Assembly: GCA_028534125.1 (NCBI GenBank)
Contig: CM052817.1
Span: forward strand, 66,776,001-66,840,000
Reading direction: 5' to 3'
DNA from: Lama glama
Taxonomy: Eukaryota
DNA length: 64,000 nt
Shown here one piece after another: positions 52,270 through 64,000 of this stretch (position 1 is its first letter; every line of letters begins with the position of its first letter). The notes below the pieces were generated by a model. The model worked only from the letters and a program-made list of their open reading frames with translations. It was not told where the DNA came from and made no database searches. The translations under genes were made by a program, and so were the position numbers.

Positions 52270-54629
52270 TATCTTTCTTTTAAAGCAAGAAATATCCCAT
52301 AGTTCAGATTTACATAAGTAGTGCCTCTTTTCAAATAAATTAAAAATAAAATGCTGTCCTGTCTGTAAAATTATAAATATTTCTAGTACATTTACAGAAT
52401 GTTAAAATGCTTATAAATGCATGATCTCCTAGTAAATACACATTATGGCACCGAAGCCAGTTAAAGAATGTAATATTTTCAACATTTTCCTTATTTTATA
52501 GATGAGGAAACTGAAGGTCCGAAAATTTGTGTCCTAAGGATATGCAATTATCAATCAGAGAAGGTTTGACTTGTGCTCCAATCTGTCAGACTTCCAGCAT
52601 GGAGATTTACAAAGCAGGCTGGCAGAGGTGTGACTGTCTCAGGAAATTAACAATAGTGCTGTGAAGATGTCCTTAAAGTGCTGTTTCCTAGGGTGTTTGA
52701 GCAAAGAAGGTATGCAGCTTCGTGGATGCTTAGTGGGAAGAGACAGCGGAAGAGGTGTAAATATAGGTGTGCAAATTTTTTTTCAAATCTTAGACCAGAA
52801 AGTGAATTTAGGAAGAAGACAAGGCCCAAAATATGGACCTGAATAGTGTTTTGTCTGAGGGGAATGGGAGTGAAGTTTATTAGGTGGCTCTCTATGTGGA
52901 CATTGTCTTTCAGAATAATGACAGGAATTGGTGGAATAAAAGGCTGCAATCAGTCTTTTACCAAAGTCCTCACTAACGGTGGCATAAGAAAGTGGAGGGT
53001 AGTTGATGATAGTGATGAAGATGAGAAACATAGGATATAGTTGAATTTTTAGGGGCTCAAATAAGGAGCGATTTTCAGATGAATATCAAATGTAATGAGA
53101 ATGAAATTGCAGTGGGTAAACAGGAGATAGATGAACATATCTTCTTTCTGTAAAGTATGGGAGAATTAACAGCTTCTTTTGAGGGCCTTTATGTCATTAG
53201 AGGAGAGACAGGTTATAGCGGGGCCAAAAGATGGAGGGGATGGATCATCAAGATGTTGTGTATTATAGAGAAGTTTCTTTGAAATGGAATGGGATTCGAT
53301 GTAGTTCCAGTAAGAAGAGGTAGAAGTAGAATCAGCAAGGTAATGATAGCTCTGGGAGGGAGAAGATATAAATTAGATGGACGGGGGTGCAGTGTGGATT
53401 ACAGATGAAGGGCACTAGACAGGCAAGAATACAGAGGAAGATGGAACGTACTTGAAACTAACTAACTAGCCTCAGGTTTCCAGCTGGGACTTTGATGGAA
53501 CGTTGTTTTGTTACTGCTGAAAATTCAGATCCAGGCATTCTGGGGGAGCTAGAGAACACGAGGCGAATTGCAAAAAAATAAAATAGTAAGGGCTACTAGA
53601 GTGAGAAGAAACTTGGATAAAAATAGAAATTAAACTTTATCTAGGTGGAACACATTTTAAAAGAGGGTGGTAATTTGAGGGAAACACGAGAAAAATAACA
53701 CAACCTCTTTATTTTATAAATTTATCATTTGTTACTCTTTAGTGACCAAGATGATCTTAATGTTCTGCTCAGCTTGGCTAAACTTTAGACAGCTTATTCC
53801 TGACTCTAGGGTCCACTCTCTCACCATTTCCTTAAAGACTGACTTTTTAAAAGTAGACTGTTTCCTAACTGAAAACAGGGGAATAATAATTTGAAATAGC
53901 TTAGGAGATTTGATCGTTCAGAGAAAAGTTTCCAAGCCTGCTAAAATTTCCGGAGACACTTTTCACAAAAAAATCAGAGAAGTATATGTTCAAGTATTCT
54001 TCTTTTGCTGGGCATATAAGAATGCCACAGAGTATTTACAAAGTTAAGAGGAATAGAAGTGTGCCTTTGCCATTACCAGTATTGACCTCCCACCTTTCAA
54101 TGAGTTATCTAAAGAGATGATTAAACCTTCCCCCAAGTGGGTCTCTGAGCACTTCTGTTGTGTTTGCCAAAGGGCACCACTGACTGTGCATTGTTTCCTC
54201 TAAAAGTTACCCTCTCCTTGATTCTTTGTCATAAAGGACAAATCAGGCATTTAGCCAGTGCTAGACTGTGATAGTCTTCACCCTGTTTATAAAAGCAAAT
54301 GTTGGGGTGATATATGTTAGAAAATTAACTGAAAGTGTGCTCAGTGAGACTGGAGATGGTCATTAGGAAGCTTCTGCTTGGAATCCTTGTCTTGGAACAC
54401 ATGCTTCAAAGTGTGGGCTAGATATTTTATAGACTGTGTCACTGAGACAATCTTTATCAATAGACATTAATTCCGTTTCCAAATATTTTATTCTATTGAG
54501 AGAATGTGTATATGTACTAGATATTAATTTGAAAAAATAATTTAAGCATCAAGTATTTGTGAACATGTGAATAGATACTATAATGCTGATATGAACCCTG
54601 TCCTTAAAGAAATGATAACAGCGGCAACA

Positions 54630-54875
54630 GCAGCAATACCAATGGAATAACTATGCATTCTCTTCTGCTGAGTGCGTTACACATAGTAACTTGTACAACT
54701 TTCTGTTTAAGTTATATATAATTTAATATATTCACATTTTGTAAATGAGTAAATTGAAGTTTACAGAGTTCTTATTAGCCATCTAAGTTTATGTAACTAG
54801 TAAGAGAAGGATGAAAACACAGGTGTGGTTGGTGAAAAAGTTTGGGCTCTAATTCATTACATAATGCTGCCTCCC
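54630..54875 (-). mobile_element. MIR SINE
   Basis: CACATTTTGTAAATGAGTAAATTGAAG..GTAACTAGTAAG. Confidence 0.65.
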
Positions 54876-56075
54876 TGATAGCATGTTTGAGATACAATGA
54901 ACAGATTGAAGTGAAAAAATATGTTTCTACTTTAGAAGTGTATGCTTTGGGTTTCTCAAAGGGATTCAACTTTGGATCACTAATGCTCCATCACTCAGCT
55001 GCCACACCATGATCAGCTGACGTCAAAGAGGAGCTTGAGATAAGAGCATCATTCACTGGGTTTCCATGATTCCACTGGTATGAATGAAGAGGAGACCTCA
55101 TAAATCTGAAATTCTGGTCTCTTCCATTGCAGATAGACATGCAAATTCCATGAGTTTTCTTTTCCCTCCTCCAACTCAGCTTGAGGAGGAAAGTTAAGCA
55201 CCTTTTCCATTCCACTCTCCCTCAGAAAGGGTAACTACCATAATGCTCTCTACTTATATGGGTTTCCTTAATTTTTGTGTAGTCTGAATCGGTTGAAGGA
55301 CTAATTTTGGTAGCTCTTATTAAGTCCAATGAGCTTCTCATAATGCATCAGCGATTTTCTCCAGCTTTGAAGCATTGGCTAAAATTTTGAGAAAGCAAGA
55401 AAAGTTCTATTTTATATTCTTTAATTGCAAATTTGATCATAAATTTGTTCCTCCTTATCTTCTAAATATACAAACATGCTTAATTTTCATTGACGTGTAG
55501 ATAACTCACAAAGGGAAAAACTGGAAAAGATAAAAGAGTTAGAAGACAAACTCACATTAAAGCAAAACAAACCAAATTTAAAACTAAGTCTGTCACTCTG
55601 CATGAATAAAATGTCTGTCAAAGAATCAAGGATTGGGTTATATAATGTCTAAAAGGATACTATTTTAATTATCTTTAAGACCTTTCTATCTTTATTTACA
55701 ATAGTTGAGTTTCACAGAATTCTTTTGCAAACCAGAGAGATTAATGTACTCAGGCTAAAAAAAATTCAAACAGGGTTTGATCTCTCTAGGTAACCATTCG
55801 GAGCAAGCTATTGGTCTGTTGTGCTCTGAGAGTTTGTTTTTCGGGAAATGCTTCACTAGGCTCAATTTCTAAAGCAAATCTGATTTAAAACCTATTTGAG
55901 AACATTAGCTGCTTTTTGAGTCTCTCAGGAAAGCCACATTTATAATCTCTGTAACTACCAATAAGCTTATGATAGTTCTGTCCTGGTCTTCCCAATGTCC
56001 TGTGAGATGACCACATTGGGCAGTGGACCCCAATTAGGACTTCATGAAACTGCTGTCTAGGATGAGATCTTGACA

Positions 56076-56116
56076 TGTGTGTGTATGTGTGTGTGTGTTG
56101 TGTTTGTGTGTGTGTG
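56076..56116. repeat. Imperfect (TG)n microsatellite next to an old L1 fragment (about 56120-56220, minus)
   Basis: Seen directly; GAAACTGCCAACTGTTTTCCAGAG is L1-like. Confidence 0.85.
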
Positions 56117-57436
56117 AGCAGAAGTTTATTTCTCTTGCACAAACAACCAGGAGTGGGATTTTTGAGTCACATAATAAGTGTGTTTTAACTTTACGAGAAA
56201 CTGCCAACTGTTTTCCAGAGTCTCTATGTCTCATGCATATTCTCCTTGACTTGAATTTTTTTCTCTATGCCAATCATATGCTGGTAATGAGAACCCTACA
56301 AGAATAAGAGAATTAAAATAATGAGGACTATGCTGGCTGTGGGATAGGATTAGAAGGAAGAGCAGACTTCCAAGGGTGGGTCCCATGAGCTGCAAGCAGT
56401 ATAGCTATGGGAAATATATGCCCCTGATTTCCAGGTTAGTACAGACATTGAGCATGGACACAGGCACTGGTTTTGGCACCCAAAAGAATGCTGCTAAATT
56501 TTCTTTTATAATTATAAGGAGCGTGAAGATTTTCATCAAGTTATGTATATTGGATTTTTTGTTGTAGAGACTGTATTATTTTTCACCTTAATGTCTCGAG
56601 GCCTGGTTCAAGACCCTGCAGTACACATTTAGTCATAATGAGGGCTTATCTTGGGACTTATTTAACTCAAAGTACTCAAAATTTGTAATAATATAAGCCT
56701 GCTTCATTTTTATTCAAGTTCCATTGCATGGAGCTCCTTTAATTAGAATTAGTGAAATTATATAATGCTTAACAGTTTTAGCCTTGAAAACAGCTATTTT
56801 GTTATTATCTCTTCCTGTAGGAAAAGTAAAATTTTGGCTCAAGATAACTTCTACTTGGGAAGTCTTTAGCTGCAGGGGTCCAAGAAGGGCCAAAAAGAGG
56901 CCCTGTCTGACAAATGAGAGCAAAAGCGTCAGTTGCTCATGTTGTGCTCTAATTTGATCTCTAAGGGAAAAAGGATGAAAATGATTTCTGCTAGATTCAG
57001 CCAAAGTCAACCGTGTAAGACATCAGATTAGGGTTTAAGGCTCAAAATCAAGGCTGTTCCCATGCTTAAATCCTTTACTCAAAGAAAACAAACTCTAATT
57101 GCAGTTTTCTCCAAATTCTCCATGCTTATTCTTACTGTCGTCCCCTCTTCTCTGGCAAATATGTTATTTACCACATTTGTGGTAACCCAAGTTAAGCTTC
57201 ACCATGTAGCCTTAGCTCCTCAGCAACCTGACCATCTGCTGACTCATAATGTGATTTAACTTTGACTTCCACTTGATGGGATTAAGATACTTACTATGTA
57301 GTATTGAGTACATAAAAGCTAACCATACACCCCTCTAGAACTCAAGAAAAAAAATCACTTTCAAGACAGTCTTCAACCCTTCCTCCTTTTCTGAATAGTA
57401 GCAACTTCAAGTTACCAAAACAAAACAAAACAAAAC

Positions 57437-57474
<38 letters not shown>

Positions 57475-57480
57475 TACATA
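57437..57480. repeat. (TA)n(CA)n compound microsatellite
   Basis: Seen directly. Confidence 0.95.
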
Positions 57481-58685
57481 TTGGGGATATAATCTATGTC
57501 AGTCCTAGTTTCAAGCTTTGGTGAATGATATGGATATTTAAGTTTAGTGGCTTTCTATAACTTGACTCATTATACTTCATAAATATCCCTGCTGTATCCT
57601 TGAATATCTAAAATTAATCCAGAAAAGCTCTGACCAGGCATCAGATAGTATTTGAAACTTTATTCCAGCTCTAGGTTTTCCATGGCACCTCGACTGCCCA
57701 GTTTTCATCTCTCCCAAAGGTTGTTGGTAAACTACATCTTTCCCCCAATCTCTTTAGATTTACACTAAGTTGAAAGTGACAAAAAAGCTATTTTTCCTAG
57801 CAATCATCTCCTCATCTCACGATTATACCTCTTGTGGAATACGGTTATCTAGGGAAGCACATGGTAATCTGTGTCAGCTCAGATCAATATATAGGCTTTT
57901 AAGTTACTTTCTTAAAAGTTATAATTACCTAAATTAAAGTAATAACTTTTAACTTTCTGTGAAGAAAATAATTACTGAATTAACTTGATTAAATACAATG
58001 AAATAATTATATTTGCAGTTATTAAAAGTTTAATTTTAGAACATTAATCTCTGTATAGTAAAACTGTAATTGACCACATCTGCTTAAGAGGCTGTCATAT
58101 AAGCCATTTAGTAAAAATTGCTTTAGTATATATTTAATGTAATACTGATCTGAGTGGAAAGCAATAAATTAATCTGCAAAGAGCATAAAGTCTTAATTCA
58201 GATTGGAAGCATCCTCAGATGACTTTGATTAATTAGTATCAGTTCATTGGAGTTAGGAGCTCTGGAATTAAGTGCTCTGAATTTTACATGCCTATAATTT
58301 TGTGATTTTTTATACATCCATTTTCTCTGAAACCACCTACTGTAACTTTTATTTAGATATTTTTCTGGAGGATAAATTAATTGATATGTTGACAATCTTT
58401 CAATTTTATTTTCCTCCAATAAAACTGCTCTCTTGCTTTGAAAAATGAGATTGATGTTATAATTTTTCCTATTTCAGACGTAGATTTCTATCAGAGTTTT
58501 CAAAACTTAATGCCCAGATCTCTCAGAAAAGAAAAATGGTTGTGTATCAGGTATGATACACAGTTATGCATTTGGCTTCAAGTAATAGAGAACCTGATTA
58601 ATGTTGTCTTAAAGCATAATGATCATTTTCAGTCTCTTTAATCAGAAGCTCGTACATAGATGGTCCTAAGGTTGGTTCAAAGGTG

Positions 58686-59697
58686 TATTTGTCTTTCTCT
58701 GTCTAACTAATTTTCACTAAGCATAATACTCTCTAGGTCCATCCATGTTGTTGCAAATGGCAAAATTTCATTCTTTTTTATGGTTGAGTTATACACACAC
58801 ACACACACACACACATATATTTATATATCACATCCTCTTTATCCATTCATTGGTTAATGGCCACTTTAGGCAGCTTCCACATCTTGGCTATTGTAAATGA
58901 TGCTGCTATGAACATTGGGGTGCATTTATCTTTTCAAATTAATGTGTTCATTTTATTTGGATGCATACACTCAGGTGTGGAATTGCTGAATCATATGATA
59001 GTTCTATTTTTAGTTTTTGAGGGAACTCAATGCTGATTTTCACAATAGTTGCCCCAATTTACACTCACCAATAGTATACTAAGGTTCCTTTTCTCCACAT
59101 CCTTGCCAACATTTGTTATTTGTCTTCTTTTTCATTTGTTCTCTTACCCATATAGAGAACAAATGAAAGAAGCAAAGAAATGCAGTTGTTAAAGCATAAA
59201 GTTTGAATTAATAGAGGCCATTCTTGAAATCCCACTTGTTATTTCTTGTCTTTTTGATAATAGCCATTTTGACAGGTAGGGGGTGATATCTTATTGTGGT
59301 TTTAATTTGCATTTCTCTGATTTTTAGTGATATTAAACATCTTTTCATTTGCCTCTTGGCCATCTGTATATCTTCTTTGATAAAATGTCTGTTTAGGCCT
59401 TCTGCCCATTTTTTAATTGGGTTCTTTGTTTTTTGATATTGACATATATGAGCTGTTTATATGTTTTGAATATTAACCCCTTATCAGTCATATCAGTTGC
59501 AAAGATTTTCTCTCACTCTGTAGGTTGTCTTTTTGTTTTGTCAGTGGTTTCCTTTGCTATGCAAAAGCTTTTAAGTTTAATTAGGTCCTGTTTGTTTATT
59601 GTTGCTTTTGTTTCCTTTGTCTTAGGAGACAGAGCTAAAAAAATATTGCTGTGATTTATGTTAAAGAGCATTGTGCCTTTGTTTTCTTCTAGGAGTT
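58686..59697 (-). mobile_element. LINE-1 ORF2 fragment with internal (CA)n and an internal insertion
   Basis: KTKETKATINKQDLIKLKSFCIAKETTDKTKRQPTE is a recognisable L1 ORF2 segment. Confidence 0.95.
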
Positions 59698-60120
59698 GAG
59701 CAAAAGACTCAAGCCAGCTCTTGATATAGTAATAGGTCTCTATGACCAATACATTTTTTAAAAGGTACTCAACTTCATTAGTCATCACTAAAATACAAAT
59801 TAAAGCAGTAATATAGCTTATTTCACTCCTGACAGGACAGCTAATGTGAAAAACACAGACAGTCCAGAAGTGGTTGAGGACCTGGAGCATCAGGAATTTT
59901 GTAGACTGCCAGTGGGAGTATAAATTAATGCAACCACTTTTGAAAACTGTTTGGCAGTACCTTTTAAAGCTGAACTTACTTATGCCCTACAGCTTTATGA
60001 TCAAGGCACCTAGATACAAATATAAGAATATTTTGTAGCATTACTCTTTGTAATGGCTTAACACTGGAAATACCCCAGTGTTCGACCATACAACAATGGA
60101 GTACTATACAGAACCTGAAA
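59698..60120 (+). mobile_element. Old L1M ORF2/3' fragment
   Basis: CTCAACTTCATTAGTCATC..CAACCACTTTTGAAAACTGTTTGGCAGTA..ACAATGGAGTACTATACAG. Confidence 0.8.
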
Positions 60121-61019
60121 TAACAAATTTCAAATCTCATACGGCAAAAGAAGATCCGTGGGTGCTTTCAAATGTTACTTAAAGTCTTGAGTCCAATGTT
60201 GGGATTTTATTTTTGGTGGTGAGCTATTGGACTTGACATAATCTTATTGCCTAAAATAGAGTTCCTTCTAGAATCATACAGTACATCATATGTTATATGT
60301 TGGAGATGTTGTAAAGGGGGATGATTTGGGGAAAAATACTCAATTCCTGTTTCTAACAACTGTTTGGTTGCAGAGTTATACACAAATCTGTAGAGAGAAT
60401 CATGTTTCATGATAAAATTAGTTTCCTCTTGTTAACAACTTTTGTTAGATACATATTATGATCATTTCTCAATAATGTAGAACATATAGCATTTGTAGCT
60501 CAAAAAGGTGAGGCAAGTTAAATTGTGTTTCAGCTTTTTAAAAGTGCATTTTAATTTGCTTTACTGTTGTGATACCAGCATCTATATAAATTTTCGATGT
60601 GGCACTATGGCACTATGACTTTTGTATATTTCTACACAATTTTACTGAGGTTAAACATATTTTGAGAGATATTATTTCAAATACACAATAAACTTAAAAC
60701 TCGGTCAAATAAAGTGTAAAGGGAAGGCTTTCTCTCTTACATGCTTCTTATTTATAGCTTGCTTACTTTGCTATAATTTGATGAATGGATTTTGGCTAGA
60801 AGCTGACAAGGAAGTTATACAATTTCTTTTCAGTCTTTAAAAAATTGTCTCTGAGTGAATTAGAATTTTATAATTCTGATTTTCCTTCCTTTGTCTGTGT
60901 GTTGCCTCAAGATTTATTAGAAGCTGACTGAAGAAGACCATGTCTGTTTAATAATGTTTTTTTTGTTATTATATATGTACTGCATTCTAAGAATTATTTA
61001 GAATCATAAAACTGATGAC

Positions 61020-61160
61020 ATCTAATTTAATTCCTGGGAAACCCCTGTGGAACAGTTATTATTCCCATTCTACAGAGGAAAACTAAGATTCAGAAAGATC
61101 ACACAGCTAGTGGGATTTGAACAATGGCCTATGTTAATGCTTTATGCTTTAACAACTGCA
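61020..61160 (-). mobile_element. MIR SINE
   Basis: TATTATTCCCATTCTACAGAGGAAAACTAAGATTCAGA..GGGATTTGAAC. Confidence 0.8.
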
Positions 61161-61194
61161 TTCCTTTGCTTCATTAATTTCTTCTTTTAACCAT

Positions 61195-62900
61195 TATATA
61201 TTATATCAGGCATGGCCCTGGATACTGGGATACCATTGGTGAATAAGCCAGTCCAGGTACTTGCTCTTATCAGCTTCCAGTCTGGGAGGGGAAACAGATA
61301 TGAAGTAAATGAACAAATAAACTAGAAAGATGTCAGATAGTAGTAAATATATGAAGAAAATTAAAAGAAGGTGATATGATAGAGATTGAGAGATCAGGGA
61401 ATATATCTAAGAAGCGGTATCATTTTAACTGAGATCTGGTTAACAATAATTAGCCAGCCATGATAAGAGCAGAAAGAAGCTCTTTCCAGGAAGAAAGAAC
61501 AACTGATTTAAAAGCCTGAAGGCAAGAATTCTAGGGTCAGACTAAGAATTTAATTCTGTGGTTGAAACAGAGTGGGTGATGTGAAGCATAAGGCAAGATG
61601 AATCAGGGAGGCAGGCAGAAATAAATCATTTAAGAGTTTGTAAACCAGAAAAAGAATTTATATTTTAAGTTTGATGGAAACTACTGGAGTTTTTAAAAAC
61701 TGGATTCTGTGTGAATAATGAATTTTTCACAGTAAGATTAAAGGCTGAGGTCCAGCTAAGGGATCACTGTGGAGATATAGGTGAGAGATAACGTTAGCTA
61801 AATACTGGAGGTAATGCAGTTGTAAAGAAACAGATAGTTTTGGGTTACATTTTTGGGGCAGAGTTGATGGGACTTTCAAACTGATTAAATGTGGATAAGA
61901 GGGAAAGAAAATAAAAGACAGCTTATTGGCTTAAGCTTATTGGATGATAGCACTAAATATTGAAATATTGATCAGAAGAATATGACCACCTCCTATTCAT
62001 CCCGTAGGTGACAGAGAGATTCTGTGCCCTAATTATAGAAGATGATCAAACATACAACATCCTGACAGTGGACGGATGAGATCGACAGCAGTTAATTAAT
62101 CATATATTCTTACAGCCCAGGGGAAGAGGGTACCACATGCTACTCTAGGCCTAACAGGTGTTGCACAGCACAGTGAAGAAGAAGAAGCTGTGGAAGGCAG
62201 GCCTTGTAGTAACAGAAGGCTGAGCTGCTCTCTGGTTCCTGCAGGATAGTATGCTTACATTGCTTAAATAATTTTATGGGTTGGCAGTGAGGTGAATTTG
62301 TTAGGTTGAGGACCAGGTCGGGTGCAGCTGGTTCAGCTGATAAGGAACTAATCAGATGGGAAACATTTCCTGCTGGGTGGGGGCATTTCTGGCAAGAACA
62401 GGGAACTCACAGCTAGACCTCTGAGGCCCTGTGAAGCTCAAAGATGTCAAGGCAGCACTTGAAATTTTAGATCTTATAATACAGGGGGAAAATCAATTTC
62501 CCTGTGATCATATTATGTTTGAGATCTTTGTGTGAAGATTCCATACAAGTGGAGATGTCAGGTTGAATATACATACCTAGAACTGTGAGATGGCTAATTT
62601 GGAGGTAGTAATTTAGGAGATACAGATATTTAAAGTGATAGGCCTGGATGGGAGAGTATATTGATAGAGAAGAGAAAGGGGCCCAGGACTTAGATTTGGA
62701 TACATTTCCACGTTGAGAGGAGTGTCAGTCAAGTAGACTAGAAAGAGTTGCTGGTGAGATGGGAAGAAAACCAGGAGGCTGAAGTGTCTTGATCCAAGAG
62801 AAATATTCCAAGAAGAAAGTGATCACTTATGACAAATGCACTTGAGTTGTCTTGTAAGATAAATTATCATTGGATTTACAACATGATAAACATGACAGGA
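61195..62900 (-). mobile_element. L2 LINE split by an LTR insertion
   Basis: L2 motifs on both sides of 61969-62483 (GCTTCCAGTCTGGGAGGGG; CAAGTGGAGATGTCA; GAAAACCAGGAG). Confidence 0.75.
61969..62483 (-). mobile_element. MER76-like ERVL solo LTR
   Basis: Reverse strand starts TGTATTATAAGATCTAAAATTTCAAGTGCTGCCTTGACATCTTTGAG; TG...CA termini. Confidence 0.75.
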
Positions 62901-63229
62901 GAGTCTCTGTGGAGTTGTGAGAGATGGAGAGAACATGGGAAATCCTTTGTTGCTCCCCATTTAAATTTCATTGAAACAAGTAGTGTCTCCTGGTCTCTAG
63001 CCTCTAGTTATTATTTAGGTTAACAACAACAACAAAAACAAATCTCCTATAGAATCTAAGGCACATGGATACAGTAAATAATCATGGAGTCTCCTTCCAC
63101 AGGATGTTAGTCTCATCTCTCTTTCAGAGGCCAATATAAGAATTTGTGGGGTGGGTCCTATAAGGTAAGTACTTAGTCACCTGAGAAGTCACAGCAGGCA
63201 GAGGTATAGCGACCAGCACATGGCCCTGC

Positions 63230-63665
63230 CTTCCTCTCCTGTCATACTCCCTCAATGTTTACTCTGGAGGCTTGATAACTTTCTTTTAGTTTCTCAAGCA
63301 AGACAAGTTCCTGCTTCAGAACATTTGCATACACTTTTATCTCTGCCTGAAAAAAGAATCTCCCATTTTCTTCTGCAAAATCTCTATCAGGATCACCTTA
63401 GATTTTGTTTAAATGTCTCTTTTTCAGGAAATCCTCCTTGTCCTCTCAGATGAGGTCATATTTCTCTGCTAAAAATTCTCATTGTGAATTTTTGCTTCAA
63501 AACTCTTCCATGGTAATAATTAAATGCATATCTATGTAATTACTATCTCCATCACTTGACTCTAAGTTTTATGACATTTTGGTCTCTATTTTGTTCTTAA
63601 TGATATTTCAAGTGCCTGGCACAACTGCTGGTACAATGTGAGGAAACAATAAATATTTTGATTGT
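63230..63665 (+). mobile_element. L2 3' end
   Basis: AAATGTCTCTTTTTCAGGAAATCCT..AGTGCCTGGCACA..CAATAAATATTT. Confidence 0.75.
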
Positions 63666-64000
63666 TCTCTTCTCAGTCTTAAGTGGAAATGGAAGGATTT
63701 CACTTAGCAGTAAAGATAAGGACAAAATCCATTCCAAATGTTTTTTTTCCATTTTTCCTTATGCCTAGGACAGATTATTGGAATGATTTTGTTCAAAATA
63801 TAAGTATGTATTGCTAAACTTCTGTGTTGAATTTCACCCTTTAAAAAAATCTACTTGGTTTGAACTGTAATATTGACTTAAAGATAGTAATTCTAAGGAG
63901 GACTCCCCTAGTTAATGTACAGTTCTGTATCAAAGTTATTTTATCTATCTTTCTGTCTGTCAATCATCTATCATCTCTATCTTTGTAATTATTTTAAAAT

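Noticed and set aside
51722..52334. 185-199-aa ORFs
   Set aside because: Artefacts of the second N gap.
59513..59890. 125-aa ORF with protein-like C-terminus
   Set aside because: L1 ORF2 remnant fused to unrelated antisense repeat sequence.
1..64000. CRISPR arrays, operons, tRNA/rRNA/snRNA genes, intact transposase or retroviral ORFs
   Set aside because: No regular repeat-spacer array, recognisable structural RNA or long intact ORF was seen; the sequence is mammalian and largely non-coding.

Overview
Mammalian genomic DNA: AT-rich, CpG-poor and dense in repeats. The young L1 3' ends look cetartiodactyl. I recognise no ruminant (BovB/Bov-tA), pig (PRE-1) or cetacean (CHR-2) SINEs, which suggests a camelid (inference). 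I recognise no complete gene, RNA gene or CRISPR array, and the ORF track is explained by L1 remnants, chance ORFs and two 500-N gaps. Most of the window is L1, L2, MIR, MaLR/ERVL/Gypsy LTR relics and DNA transposons, including a 981-bp Tigger2-type element with both TIRs. L1s lie mostly on the minus strand, which fits an intron of a large plus-strand gene. A few short exon-like segments are listed at low confidence, and I could not name the gene. The most notable structures are local rearrangement scars: a perfect 47-bp inverted repeat enclosing a 45-bp copy of sequence 1.9 kb away (51.4-53.5 kb), a 136-bp inverted duplication crossing an LTR boundary (6.4-7.7 kb), a small TSD-flanked retrocopy (24.0 kb) and a fold-back insertion inside an L1 (59.1 kb). 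I see no convincing evidence of a new biological system. Repeat family names come from recalled consensus sequences, not a search, and most repeat boundaries are approximate.
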